DNA of 64,000 nucleotides from Lama guanicoe. Its lineage: Eukaryota. This document shows positions 38,666 through 52,324 of the stretch, piece by piece. The notes below the pieces were generated by a model. That model did not search any database, was not told where the DNA came from, and was given only the letters and a program-made list of their open reading frames with translations. Location: positions 15,682,373 through 15,746,372 of the forward strand of contig MU056905.1 of assembly GCA_013239625.1 (NCBI GenBank), read 5' to 3'. Both the position numbers and the translations under genes were made by a program. Position 1 is the stretch's first letter. Each line of letters opens with the position of its first letter.

Positions 38666-39669
38666 AGATGTGATCTAGGCAAAACATCTGAAACTTTAGT
38701 TGAAAGAATCCCAAATGGTTAGCTGTTTTCTGCCATTTGCAAATAGTATATAAATGATGAAGTTTTCACTTGTCATGCAGACACTGTTAGAATTATCGAG
38801 TTGTGCCTAGAGAGAAGGGGAGGAGGCAAAGACATTTGGTTTTACACCTGCTTTTTAGGGGACATTTGTATGCAAGAGAAATAACAGTGTCGGTAACATC
38901 TCAAATACAGAGGACATCAAAATGTACAGGACACATCAGATGTGTGCTTCAGACATAGGGACCAATAGCACTCCTTTGTTAGAAGATCATGCAGTGTTCA
39001 AATACTAGTTTGGTATTCATGAGGTAAGATTTTTAAATGGTTATTACCTTTCATTAGGTGTTTTCAGAAATTTGGTCTGTGAGTTTAGTGTTAATAAAGT
39101 GTTATAAAGCTTAGTGGACAACTGGAGTAAAAAATTTTGAACTGAGCAAGCACGCAGGCCTCTCCCTCCCTGCAGACTTACGATGATCTGCAGTGAATGA
39201 GTGTTGGCATTTGGAAACTAAACCACACTAACACATACAGAATATTAGTATTCTGTAAACAATCACGAGTGCAGTCAGCACGTGCTGAAAGTCTGCAGCG
39301 TGGGCTCCCAGCCTCCTGTGAAAGTGGTGCAGCTGTTACACGGATGGGTGAGAATCCGGGGTAACGTCAAGGGACGAAAGTGTTCCCTTTGATTAGTTCT
39401 AGTGGATGTCATCTTCAAAATGGGCCTAATTTGATAATTCCAGAGCATTTCTGAGGGCAGAAGGAAAATATGGATAATGCGATGTAAATAAAAACATTAT
39501 TATTTTCCTCTCTTTTGACAAAAACCACTTGAGAAGCAAAAGGACAGCAGGAAGGTGAAAAATAGTGAAGCCGCCTCTGGCATCCGTAGAAAATTGCATG
39601 TGGGCTGAGAGCTCTGCTCTTGCGGACTGAGAGTGGGTCCCAAACAGCCTGGCTTCCCTCTAATAACTG

Positions 39670-39885
39670 TGATAGTAGCTCACATTCTTGGAATGTTTAA
39701 TGTGTTCCAGATCTTTTGCTAGCTGCTTCACATGCATGAGATCCTTTAACCTTCCCCACCACCCTGCAGAGAAAGAACTGTTATCACTGTCATTTTGCAG
39801 GTATGAAAATTGAAGCTTGGAAAAGTTAGATAACTTTTCAAGGTCACACAGTGAGGAATGGGCTGGTATCTGGACTCAGAGAGTC
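39670..39885 (-). mobile_element. MIR SINE
   Basis: cattttgcaggtatgaaaattgaagcttgg...aacttttcaaggtcacacag. Confidence 0.75.
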
Positions 39886-42591
39886 TGATGGCTCCCCAAG
39901 GCCTGCTGGGTAAGGAGGGCCTTTGTGGATGGAACCCGCCAGGGCCCTGGTCCTCAATATCCCAAACCAGCTTTCTTTTCAGGAAATTGGGAATCTCTTT
40001 TTTATCTTATGCTTTGAAAATACTTTCTGTCAAGCCAAGGTCAGACCATTTTTATCCTGTTGTCTTTGAAATGCCCTCTCTCCACCTGCCTCCCACCGCC
40101 ACCCCACCCACACCCCAACTCTCTGATAGCTCTTAAAGCTGATTTACAGAAGTAGATACACACGTACTTAGAGAGCAAGAGGGAAAGGATGGGCCTGAAA
40201 GTGCTCAGAACTACAGTTTGAGTGTTGAACCCTCTGGCAGTACTCTCCTTCCTCTGCCTGGTGACTTGAATATGGCCAGCAGACATGAATGTTCCTAGGG
40301 ATTTGAATCACTATCAGAGCTCAGTGTCTCCTTGGTTCAGGTTGTTTTTAAAAATGAGACCAAGCTTCAAGGTGGGGAATGAGTGGTCATCCATTTTCAC
40401 ACTCAGGGCAGCCTTTGTTTTCTCTGCTAACCTAGAGGAAGGTTGTTGGGAGTGTGTGCTTCCAATTTTCCTTCCTGGAGGGAAAATAGGGTGATTTCAT
40501 CTAGACCTGTTTACTCTCAACTCTTTCTCTTTTTTAATAAAGGATTTGATTATTTACTTTCATCCTTTGAAAGGCGAAATCTCCTTGAAACACGATGTTG
40601 ATCACTTTGATCACTTTGGGTTATATATCTAGACCAGGACATTCTATTATTCATTACTGGTAACAATAAGAACCATCAGAAATACTAGACTTCCTTTGTA
40701 GAGAAAATTTCAGATGGGGAAGACATCTTCAAAGTGGTGACAATCCTCTTAATGAATTAAAAATCAAAATCCATGCTAGATCACTGAGATTTTTTGATAA
40801 GAAATTAAAAAATTCTGCTACTGACTATGGTATAATCATTTTCAAATATAACAGAGATTTTATAATATAGTGTAGAGTAATGGAACTCTTAAAGCTTTCA
40901 CTTAGGACTATCAGACCTAACATATGCTGAAAAACCTATAGTTTGAATGGGTATGTACAATTGTGATTTGTTATTAAAATGGAAAAAATGACTAAAACAT
41001 CTTTGCCCAATTGAAGAGGTCTTCCTTCCTTTATCTTATTCAGCTTCTATAATGAAACATGTATTACCAGTTTAGTTTTTGTATCTTGTTCAGATTCTTA
41101 CTCAAAATAGTAGCCAAGTCATGTATTATCAGGGCTTCTCACGATTTAATTAGCTTAAAAAATCTAACCATTTTAATAAGTACAGATGGATTCTAAGGCT
41201 GAGCATCACCAATGCGTCTCCATGAAAGACTCCTGGGAGATAATGAGGAAGGGGAGATTTCTATTAGGATTGAATTAGTGAGCTGGATCTATAACTCTAT
41301 TGCTGTTTCAAAGCTGCCTGGCTCTTTATGCTTATTGGAAGTCACTCAATTAAACAACAGATTTTTATGGAGTATACAATACTTTGGGCAGGGTGACACA
41401 TGAGGATTATCTGCAATACACAGAGAAGGAGAACACATACTCTAATTTTAAGAATTTAAATCAGGAGATTAGAAGTACATATGTAAAAATATTATTAAAA
41501 ATATAAGGTAAGTGTGAAATGTCAGTATGCACATTAAGTGCTGAAGAATTCAAAGAGTTTGCTTCTGGTTAATCTGGAAAGGCTTCATGGGGGAGGTGGG
41601 ATCCAATCTGCACTTGAAGGGATGCCTTGATGGACACTATTGCTGCCTAAGCAGCATCCATTCACCTTTCTGCATATTTTTCTGAAACCCTCTCCCATGG
41701 AGGACAATACCTTAGGGAAAGCCAACTCCATTTTAAGATCCAAGGGAGAATCCTGATTAGTCTAAGGCTAAACTGTCATGGTCATCCTGGGCCCTCTTCC
41801 TTCCCCTCCCCCACAATTTTTTCAGGGAAATAGACTTATGCCAATCAGTGAATGGCTTTTCTCTAGCAATTGATACTGGTCTAGGGACACAACTTAAATG
41901 GGTCCAATCAGTTTAAAATACAGAAATTTTTTGCTTCATAATGGAGAATAAGATTTCTGTTCTTTCCCATTGTGCAGGAAAAGGATGTTGGTTGCCCTGG
42001 TTGTTTCTGGCAGTCATTTCGAGATCATGAGAGGCCTTGGCACGAAGACACGCCTGGCACATGAAGGAAGGCTGAGGCTGGAGAGTAGGGGAGATTCAGA
42101 GCTGGAGTCCTGTTTGTATCATGCCTAGAGCTGGGTCTGTCTCTAGAGCGCCTGCTACGTGAGGAAACTTGTTCAGTGTTTAAACCTGTGAGAGTCAGGT
42201 TTTCTGTCCCTCCCAGGCAAAGTCATGCAAACCGCTATTAATAGTAGGGTTGATTATTTTCCTGCCATTTATTTCCCTCTTTTCCTGACAAAGGGAGAAA
42301 AGGCTATGGCTCTATTTCATTTTGTTTTTGTATTATTGATTTGGGAGTTTTGTTTGTTTCTGTTTAGGAGTTGGGGGAGGCAGGAATCCCTCCTCTACCA
42401 TTTTCCCCTGTGCTTCAATGAGACAATCTATTGGCTCCAAGTGGGTCTGGATGCCATGTTTGATTCAGACATGGACAAAGGAGACGTGAGGAAGAGTCGG
42501 GGGGCTTCTGAAAAGAAGCTTCTCTTTCCCAGGGGGAAGACTAGATGGCTCTTTCTCTACTTGCCTGTATGGTAGGTGAGCAGAGGGAGGC

Positions 42592-43149
42592 TGTGTTGGT
42601 TTCCTAGGGCGGCTATAACAGGTCACCACAAACTAGGTGGCTCAAAACAACAGAAACTGATTCTCTTGTAGTTCTGGAGGCTAGATGTCCACAATGAAGG
42701 TGTTCACAGGGCCTGCTCCTTCTGAAGGCTCTAGGGAAGAATCCTTCCTGCATGTTTCTAGCTTTCAGTGGTTGCCAGCAATCCTTGGCAGTCCTTGGCT
42801 TGTGGCTGCATTACTCAAATTTCTGCCATCATCTTCATACAGCCTTCTCCCTCTGTGTCTCTGTGTCCAAATTTCTTTCCTTTTATAAGGACACCAGCGG
42901 GGAGGATATAGCTCAGTGGTAGAGTGCATGCTTAGCATGCATGAGGTCCTGGGTTCAATCCCCAGTACCTTCATTTAAGAAAATTAAAAAAAAAAAAGAC
43001 ACCAGTCACAGAATAAGGGCCCATTCTAAACCCAGTGTGACCTCAGCTTAAGTTGGTTATGTCTGCAGGGACCCTATTTCCAAATAAGGCCACATTCACA
43101 AGTTTCAGGTAGACATGTGTTTTGGAGAAACACTATTCAACCCACTACA
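42592..43149 (-). mobile_element. MLT1B/C-like solo LTR split by SINE
   Basis: tgtgttggtttcctagggcggctataaca...aaactaggtggctcaaaacaacagaaact...gaccctatttccaaataagg...attcaacccactaca. Confidence 0.88.
42899..42997 (+). mobile_element. Vic-1 type SINE
   Basis: A-box tagctcagtggt, AGC anticodon-like loop, B-box ggttcaatccc, A tail; TSD gacaccag. Confidence 0.94.
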
Positions 43150-43789
43150 GGGCCTAGAGGTTTTGTGGCCAGTTTTGCCATCCAGAAGGAAGCCAGCTGG
43201 AGAATGAAGTGAACACACAGAGCCATAGAGAGTCAAGGTAATCTCAAAGCAAATGACATCATTAACCTCTGGATAAAACTCTGCCTCAAGTTTATTTTAC
43301 TTTGGATGTTTCATGTACTTGAGCCAGGAGGCTTCTCTTTTAAGACCCTTTGTGTTGAATTTTCTTTTTGCTCGATTCAAAAAGAATTCTGAGAAACTGA
43401 TATGAATTGTGGAGAGAAGGGAAAAGGTCATGCTACCTAATAGGGAAGGGCAGGAGAGAAAAACCATGAGGGTGAAATAAAAGGAGTGTTGGAATAAAGG
43501 TTTGGCTGGAGGAAAATATTTATTAGAGGAGCAGAGGGGCATCAAGTTGTACAGATGGGTTAGTGTAAGTTTTTGGAGGTCTGGAAATGTCAAGCTTGAT
43601 AATTTGAACTTTCTTCTGTAGGCAGATGGTGTATAAGATGGTTTCTGAACATGGATGTTGAATGAATTAACATGATTTTTTAGGTTAATTAACAGGGAAG
43701 TGCAAATTATATTGGAAGGGGACAGAAATCAGATCAGAATTTACTGCTGTGATGGTTCCCAGTTCAATTAAGAGCACAGCCATAGCTGC

Positions 43790-44275
43790 TAATTCCTGGA
43801 CTGGGATTCATTCCATGCCTACCCTGAACTCACTGCACCCCACTTACCTAAGCTGGCCCTCTTCCTGCTTCTAGAACAGACCAGACTCATTTTGCTTTAA
43901 GGCTTTGGCATCAGTTCTTTGCTCTGCTCGCAGTGCTTTTTCTTCCTGATCTTTGCATGGCTGGCTCTGCCTTGCCCTCCCATTCTCAGCTCAACTGTTG
44001 ACTCTTTGAGAAGACTTCCCTGAGCAGTTAACCTAGAAGAGCCTCCTGGCTTTCTCTCTCAGATTTGCTTATTTTGATTTTCAGGAAACTTAGCACCATC
44101 TGCTCTTTGTCTCATGTATTTATTTATTAATTTTTATAGTCCCTCTTTTCCCTCCCCAACTATGAAGTCATCTTCATAAGAGTAAGGAGCTTGGTGGATT
44201 TTCATTGCTGTATCCCCAGTACCCTGCAGGAGCTCAGTATATATGTGTGGTATAAATGACTAATAAATACATTTG
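43790..44275 (+). mobile_element. L2 3' fragment
   Basis: ctcagctcaactgtt...gaagacttccctga...ttcattgctgtatccccagta. Confidence 0.7.
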
Positions 44276-47194
44276 GCTATGATGCTTTAAATTTGCTGAA
44301 ACATTGAATCAATAGTTGAAATTACTTTTAGATGAGCAAAATTAAATAATTTAGCTAATCAGGAGAGAAAATAGTCCCCAAATTAATTCTGCTCAAAAGC
44401 AGGCAAGAGTGAAAGAGTTCAAATATGTAGGTTATTTTTTCCCAATGTTCCAAAAAGACGAGGACAATTTTCAGAACAACTCTCTTGTCTCTTAAGGCTG
44501 TTTGCACTAGAAATGCCTTGGGCACAAAGAAAGCTCTGGCGATCTTTGAGGGAATATACTTAAGCTTTTCTGTTTCCATTTTCCCTAGTGGCCATTTCAT
44601 TTCAAGGCCAGTGTTCCGTAACGAGCTCTAGGTTTCTAGAGCAATTGACGTCTCTCAAATGATTCAGAATGAGACGATTTCATCATAACTAGATTGAGCC
44701 CCTTTATTTGTTCTCTGCTAAGTAGAAACCTCTGTGTTCTTTGCCTCCACCAAAGTGCCTTTGACCTTAGCATGCTGCTCTCCCACTATTAATAATGATC
44801 TTCTTTTTGTTGAAATATGCCACAGTGCATTTACCAGCTCATTATGAGAAATCTTTGCCGCAGAGAATGAAGACCAAACAAGCCTCAGCAAAGTAATGAA
44901 GGAGCACATTCTGTGATGCAGAGAGCTTTCCATGCCAGCCTTTCGCCATTACTCTCCTGGGGTGCTATTATTTATAATACTCCTGTGACTTTTTCTGGGA
45001 TTACGATGAATGAGCTTGTGTACATTACTGATCTGCTTCTTTTGACTGTATTAACTGGTAAATTATTTGAAGTGGCCTATTGAGGCCATGTGAAAAAAGA
45101 TCAGTGTTGGCTTGACGGAAGTGGCAAGTCTGGGTGTATTAGCCACTAGATTCAAATTACAAATATAGTAACAGCTCAAAAGAGACACACATCTTAATTT
45201 ACTGTCAATCAAGGTTGGGAATGAAACTCTAAGGGCCCGGTAAATATATTATATTTACTAAAATGTTTGTAGTGAGTACTGTTTGACACTACTGGGGCCT
45301 GGAGCCTTGGTTGGGATTGGGAAAACTTGGTCACCTAGAAATTTTTGTGTCCCTCCCTTTTCCCCTCCTCCTCCTTCTATTTCCCTCCTCCTACTTCTCT
45401 TTCTTAATAATTGTATTACTTATTATAGTATTGAATCAGGAATGTCTTTTGAACAAGCACCCCTTTAAAGAAGGCCTCTTTTTTAAAGTAAAAACCTCAA
45501 GGAAATGAATGGAGTTATCGAATAGTATTTTTTATAACTATTTGCATAGTTTAAAATATTCGACCAGCACGATGCATTTCTAAAGTAGGTAATCTTTTTT
45601 TTCTTTTTCCTATATAGTTCTCCCATAAATAATTTGTGAAAGTTGTAGTGAACCATTTGTTAATTAACTGAGATGCATACTAGAAAGGTTAATGTACCAC
45701 GAACTAAATATGTATAAGTTTATTAGAAGTTGTGCCTGAATTTTAAATTATCTTAATAAAATGTGTGCATTTAATTGATTGGTCACATCGGGAAGCTAGT
45801 CCTTTATTTCAGTGATGGTGCCTCTTCTAAAACATTTTTGGACTATCTCTTTGGAATGAAGGATTTTACAGTATATGCGAAGTGATCTTGCTAATTTCTT
45901 CCTCTACTTGTTTATTCTTTGCCTCCTTTGTCTACTCTTCTCTGTCCCTTGCTTGGAAAGTAAGGTAGAAGAGCAGGAAGCCTGCTTTATTCAACTCTGT
46001 AGCCCTGGTGCCTACAAAACATCCCAGTACGTAGTAGGTGCTCAGTAAACATTAACTGAATGGATGAGTGGTCCAGATACTAGTTATTCTTTGAGATTTC
46101 ACTGAAATTGATTGAGACCCCTCTTCTACATCTTGAGGAGATTCCCAGGGTCCTCCTCAGATCGCTAGGAATTTCTGGGGACTCACATTCTAAGGGACAC
46201 TCTGGCTTCAAATTTCTGCCTGACTCGGTCTCACCCACACTTCTCTCTGGTAGCTGGTGACTTCACGCTGCTGTGCACCAACCCAGATGAGGGATACCTT
46301 GACCCCTTTCCTTGGCTTCCCTCTCAAGCTACTCACTTGTTTGTGTAGCTTTTCCGAAGGTTTGCAGCAACACAGGGGGTTTACATCACAGAGAAACAGA
46401 AAACCTAACGATGGATACTAGACATCAGTATCCTTTGTAAAACTCTTTGCCCTCATCACCCTTGGGACTTTTTTCTCTTGGTACCTTTCTCCTGAGCCTC
46501 CCAAGCCCTGCTTAGCTCTCTTCCCCACTCACGCCCGCCCCTTTCCTCTCCTCTCTTCTCTGCTTTCCTCCAAGCCTTGCTTATTTCTTGTGCAGAGAAT
46601 TTATCATTTTCACTATTTCCTCACATTATTCCAACCCTTATCCCAGTTTCTCCCCAAAAAGCTTGTGATATTCTTTTCCAAGATGGTTCTGTCTCTTAGT
46701 GTAACTCTGGTCCCAGCTGTCACAATTATTTTTTATGTTATCACACTTTGGAGAATTATCTCATTTAATTGCCACAATAACTGCCCTGTGGCATATATCC
46801 TATTATTAGCTCCATTACAGTCAAAGAAAATTAGAACGGTTAGAAGTTGTAAGTAATTTACTGAGGACAGACATCACAAGACAGTGTTAAGTCTTGAACC
46901 AAAATCCCAGGCTTGTAAGATGAATAATGTATGTCGTATACACATATACATGTATTAAATGCCTGTGTATACATAATGGGTATATATGTGTAAATACACA
47001 TATTAAATGAACTGTCAAAACATATACATAATTCATCTCACAATATAACATATACATAACTGTCACAATAGTTATTTCTTTCGTCCTTAGAAGAGTCAAG
47101 TTAAAACAACCCCTTCAGGTATTTTTAAGGAAACTGGGAGAATCTAATGGCTTCTACAGTTATTATCCTGGTGCCAGAATTGAGAGGACCAGAT

Positions 47195-47400
47195 GGCCCT
47201 GAAGAGTACAGACTCTGGAATTAAATACACATGGGCTCAAATCTATCTGTGGCCCTGGCACTACTTAGGTATGTGAACTTAGGCAAACTTAACCCTTCTG
47301 AGCCTCATTTTCTGCCTTTGCAAAACAAGAGGAATAGCAGAACCCATCCCACACTGTTGTGGAGAGGATTAAATAAGACTGCATGTGAGATGCTGTGTCG
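47195..47400 (+). mobile_element. MIR SINE
   Basis: cagactctggaatt...gtgaacttaggcaaacttaacccttctgagcctcattttc...gaggattaaataaga. Confidence 0.8.
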
Positions 47401-48949
47401 GTAACCTTGGTGACACGGCACCTCAGACATGTCACACAGACAACCTCAGCTAGAGGCTCTGTGAATAAAGTAAAATATCTTGATCAGTATCAACAATAAG
47501 AGATCTTTAAGAGAAGTAAATCAAAATCAAAATGAGAAATGTTTAATTTGTAGACTGGAGGAAAAAAATGAGTGGACCTCTCCCCAACCCATTAACTTCT
47601 CATATGGGCTGTAGCTTTCTTAGCAGTAACATCCCATCTTGTGACCCTGAGACCCAGACGAAGTGACACCTGGGAATAAAAATCTCCATGAAAAGCAAGT
47701 CTGTTTTCATACTTAGGGACTGAGGTCACCAGGATATGGAATAAACTATTGGCTATTTTAGTAGCAAATCCTAACTTATTTATATTTTCACAGGCAAGCT
47801 TCAATAATACTGCAGGATTCACAGCATTTATGTAGGGATGGCTGAGAAATTCATAGAGAGTTAATCCTTCTTGCATTAAAAACTCTTCATAAATATTTTC
47901 ATCATAAGATTATTACACATTTTACTTCTCAGTATCATAGCACATACTAGAAACAACTATTTAAAAATTTTTATTCCCTATACAACCTAAGAATTACTTG
48001 GGAAATGATCTGATAGTAGAGAAGTGAGATTTGAGAGTGAGAGAATTATTTAACAACTTCAGATGTATCCAGAACAACTGGGTTTAAGCCCAGGTACCCA
48101 GCTTATTTTTATGTTAACAGGTAAGAAGGTAGATGAGCCCTAGATTATCACCAAACCTATAGTGAATCATGGAGAAAGTAACAATGAGCTGTAAAGAGAA
48201 GGAAAACCAAAGAGACGGGAGACTCCATCTTGACCATTGTTGAGTGATCACATTATTAGTTTAGTTTAGTAAATGCGAAAGCGTACGGTAAAAAGTGCTT
48301 TGTAAATCAGAAGGGTTTAGTTGGTACTGTTGCTATTCTTTGTGTTATAGTACCTTATTGGTTCTCTATTTTGGCGAGCAGATTAAAAATAAGCAGGCTT
48401 GAAGTTTAGTGGGTGTAAGCTGGGAGAAAACTGAGCAGGAATTTTTTAAAACTATGAAGGTTGTCGAAACAATTTATGAGTTAATGGCAGCCTTAGAAAC
48501 AGATTCCTTGATGGTCTGCAAAGTTTGAGACTTTCTGGGATGGCTTCGTGGCAGGCCTTGCTGAGGGAGGGAAGCCAACTTTCAGGGTGTGACGACCTCC
48601 ATATGTTTAAAATCATCAGACTCACTCAGAATCGAGAGTCATGATGCCTCAAATGCTAAAACAGTAAAGTGGAGCCTCACTTAATCTGTTTTATAGAAAA
48701 AGAGTTTATTTTGAAAGAGTTTTTAAAAACGTGAATCACCAGACTAAGAACGATGCTCAGGAGACCCTCCGAGGCTGTCAGCTGTGCCCTGTGAGCAGGT
48801 GAGATGCTGAAAGCCTGCAGGTATTGGAAAGCCCTACCCCTCCTACTCAGAGGAACGGATCCACTGTGCTCATGTCCCCATGACCGGATGTAAGACTATA
48901 TCGTGCGCCATCCCTCAGGACGGTACCTTTCCTTCCAAAACTTTTATTG

Positions 48950-50075
48950 TTTTATTAAGTCAACAAATATTTATTTACTAATGATCATATGCAACACTGA
49001 GTTAGGAACTGGAAGAAATGTAAATGAACAGGTTATAAAACCCTTTCTTCAAGAACCTGGTGTCTAATCCAGGGTTCTTGACCTCACTATGGATATTTCT
49101 TTGTGGCGGGGGAGGTGTGGTTGGGGTGGGAGAGTAGTTGTTCTGTGGACTGCAGGATGTTTAGCATCCCTGGCCTCCACCCACTATAGATGCCTATACT
49201 TCCCTCCCCCTCCCCCTATTCCAATTGTCACAATCCAAAACAACTGGTATTTTTCCATTGCCCAGGGACAATGTCATTCTGGGGACAAAATCACCTCTGT
49301 TTGAGAAGCACTGGTCTAGTACAGATGATGAAACATGTATATAAATAACACAAAGATAGAAAATGACTGACAAGAAATACAGGTAAGCTCTCTGAATGTG
49401 TACAGTAAGTAAAGACTTCTTTTAGTTGAAGGCTTCCTGGAGGAAGAAGCACTTACAAGGAAGTCTTGAAGGATTCCTAGAATTCAGAAATACAATGAAG
49501 AGGGCAGTCCAGGCTGAGGGAACAGCAGATATCAAGGAATGGAGGCACAGAGGGAAGAGTCAGCTTTGTAGGGAACCATGTCAGATGGGATATCGGGGCA
49601 GTTCTGGAAGGTCACTGACCTCTGATTAAGGAGGGTTTACTCTGTGTTTCAGTTCTGATGGGGACATTCTTCTAGGGATAAACTATGTGTCAGATGTATT
49701 GGAGTTGGGAATAGGACATTGAAAGCTGGACAGTAGGTTTGGCCTGGGTAGTGGGTTATTAAGAGAGTCTAGGAATGGCAGGGTTAGGAGAATATGAAAC
49801 TTACAAAAATTTAAAAGGTAAATTTAAGGTTTAGGATTGAAAAAAAAAAGAGGAATCAAATATGACTATGTGTTTGGAGCTTGGTGGTATCATGTACAGA
49901 AATGGAAAGTGCTGGAGAAAAACAGAGTTAAGATTAGAGGAAGATAGACTAATTTGGGCCACGTTCCATTTGCAATGTCAGTGGGATAGCCCTGTGAACA
50001 GACGTAGGAGAGAGGTGGGAATCCACTTCTGGGCTTGGGAGGGAGGTCAGAGCTGGCAGAGGATTTTGGAATCAT
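48950..50075 (-). mobile_element. L2 fragments, interrupted by MER20
   Basis: caacaaatatttattta..., gaaggcttcctggaggaag, gggcagtccaggctgagggaacagc. Confidence 0.65.
49069..49313 (-). mobile_element. MER20 (hAT-Charlie)
   Basis: gcaggatgtttagcatccctggcctccacccact...gatgcc...ctggggacaaaatcacctctgtttgagaagcactg = reverse complement of MER20 consensus. Confidence 0.85.
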
Positions 50076-50523
50076 ATGCTTTTGTGGATCATCCTCCTCT
50101 GTCTCCTGCTACTTCTTCTTTCCCCTCTGCATCTGTTGTTGACACATGATGCTTCTCTATACATTAGTTCTTTGAATAACAATGATGATAGTAATAATAG
50201 TAATAACAACAGCTGTCATGCATTAAGGGACTGTTCTGTTTCAGGCAAGGAGCAATTGTCTCCTGCTGGTCTCTTTCTCTCCCTCCACCCACATGTTCCA
50301 TGAGCTGATCTCTATCCCACCAGCTTCCATATTCCTTAGAAAATGCCTTGTTTGTGTTGTTTGTGTTTAAGCCTTATAATCCATGCTAGGGCAAAATTAC
50401 TACTCCCATTTTCAGATCAGAAAGTAGAGACCCAAAGATACTAAATTGGTTTCTCTGGCCCCCAGCTGGTGACATAGGCAGTATTCACACAGTAATCATA
50501 CTTGAGACTACTCTTTCCACTAC

Positions 50524-50988
50524 AACAGGCAAAACAAGTTACCTCCAAATTAGAGGCCAAATCCGGCCCCCAACTCATTTCTTCTATAGCCTGTGAGCTA
50601 AGAATGGTTTCTGCATTTTGTTGTTGCTGTTGTTTTGTTTTTTCTTTAATGGAGGTACCAGGGATTGAACCCAGGACCCCGTGCAGGCTAAGCATGCACT
50701 GTACTGCTGAGCTAAACCCTCCCCCAGTTTTTACATTTTTAAATGGTTGGGAAAAGATCAAAAAAGAATATTTTATGACTTAGGAAAATTATAAGGAATT
50801 CAAATTTCAATGTCTATGGATAAAGTTTTCCTGCGACTCAGTTGTGCTCATTTGTTGATGTGCCATTAATGGCTATTTCTGCCCTAGCGTGGCGGGCACA
50901 CGACAAGATGCAACAGAGACCATACAGCCCACAACGCCAAAAATACTCCACTAGTTGGTCCTCTACAGGGAAGGTTTGCTGTCCCCTG
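50524..50988. mobile_element. MER58B-like element split by SINE
   Basis: ggccaaatccggccc...gcctgtgagctaagaatggttt / ttttacatttttaaatggttgg...aaggtttgctgtcccctg. Confidence 0.8.
50620..50725 (-). mobile_element. Vic-1 type SINE
   Basis: Antisense body with tail decayed to (CAA)n. Confidence 0.92.
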
Positions 50989-52324
50989 CACTGCAGTGTA
51001 CTGCTCTGGACTCTGCATCTAATCTGTGGATTCAATACCACCTCTGTGGACAAGCTCTCATGCTGGGATGAAAAAGAAGGAAAGGAGTAACAGCATCCCT
51101 CCCTGCTCCGACTTACACCTTCCTGTTACATAACTATCCAGTCCTGCGAATAAAGTCCCAACAACCCTGTGCAGGGAGGAAACTCATCACCCCTGTCAAA
51201 AGTGACAGAATATGAAACGCGATAGATAGTAAATGAAATCAGCCACATTAAATGTGAAACAGTTTCATCGGTGTGTCTGTATTTCTCCTGAGGTAGTAAA
51301 AAAAAAATGAGAAATATTTTTAAGATGCAAAATAAAGCCCTATAAAATCTATGATTATTGAGAATACTGAGGAGAGAAAATAAATCTCATTTCCACGAAG
51401 TTGGAGAGGGTAACAAGTTCTCTGCGGGTCCCACACAGTACTTGTTACATTGTAGGTCTGCAGTAGAAACAATAAATATCTGTTGAAGAATGAATAAATG
51501 AATGGATGGATGGAAGAATAAATGCAAAAAGGATGGGCTAAAGCAATACAAAAATCAGCATAAGAGAGGAGAATATTTCGAAGGGGAAGCTTTCTAACTG
51601 GGATCTTCCTTTTTTAAGGGATGAGGGAGGCTGGCGCCCTAGAGATAAGATGACGGGACAGCTGGGTGGGGAGGAGGCAGGACAAGCAGGAGGCAATAAT
51701 GAGCTCAATATTCCAAGATGAACATTAATATTTTAAAGCTTCTGAAGCTTGCCTCCCAGATGCTCAGCCTGCCTCTGAACTCAGCTTCTAATTTTTCCAT
51801 TTTTTTTTTATCTTCCTCCACTGAAGACAATTTGTTCACAATTTTCCGCAAATGAGATGACAGCTATGGGGGGCATATTCCAAAGACATCCTTGAAAAAC
51901 TGCCTCCTCTCAAGTGGTAGGTTTATTCTTAAGACAGTTTAGGGCCAGGTCCATCATCTTTGCTTCAGAGCCACACCATAAATATCAGTTAAAACTCTGG
52001 TAGTTTCATTATTGCCCTTTGCTGTCGTTTTAATAACTGCCATTTTCTAACACATTTATGTATTGTTCATTTCTTTTCCTAAAGAGAGAGAGAGAGAGAA
52101 AATTTCTCCCTGATCTTTGGAACCCCAGTCCTTTCTGTTCATTTGCTTGAACCAATTTCAGTCATACATACTTTTTGTATCAATAACTGTTAATAGTGAA
52201 ATGTCAGATGCTGACTAATCTAAGCTCCTGACCACCACTGAAATCACCATCAGTGAATTCCCATGACTGACAGAGGCCAATAAGGACCATTTGTAACCTT
52301 AAATGTTCTGGCTTTGGTTTCAAA

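Larger units (their letters stand above)
41625..43400 (+). mobile_element. Cluster of old MLT1-type LTR remnants hosting a younger MLT1
   Basis: Degenerate MLT1-like motifs (ggtccaatcag, ggcagtcattt, gtcaggttttctgtc, gaaggaagccagctggagaatgaagt); boundaries uncertain. Confidence 0.45.

Noticed and set aside
42899-42975. Apparent tRNA-Ala(AGC) genes (this and eight similar copies)
   Set aside because: A-rich tails, TSDs, imperfect acceptor stems and high local copy number show they are SINEs.
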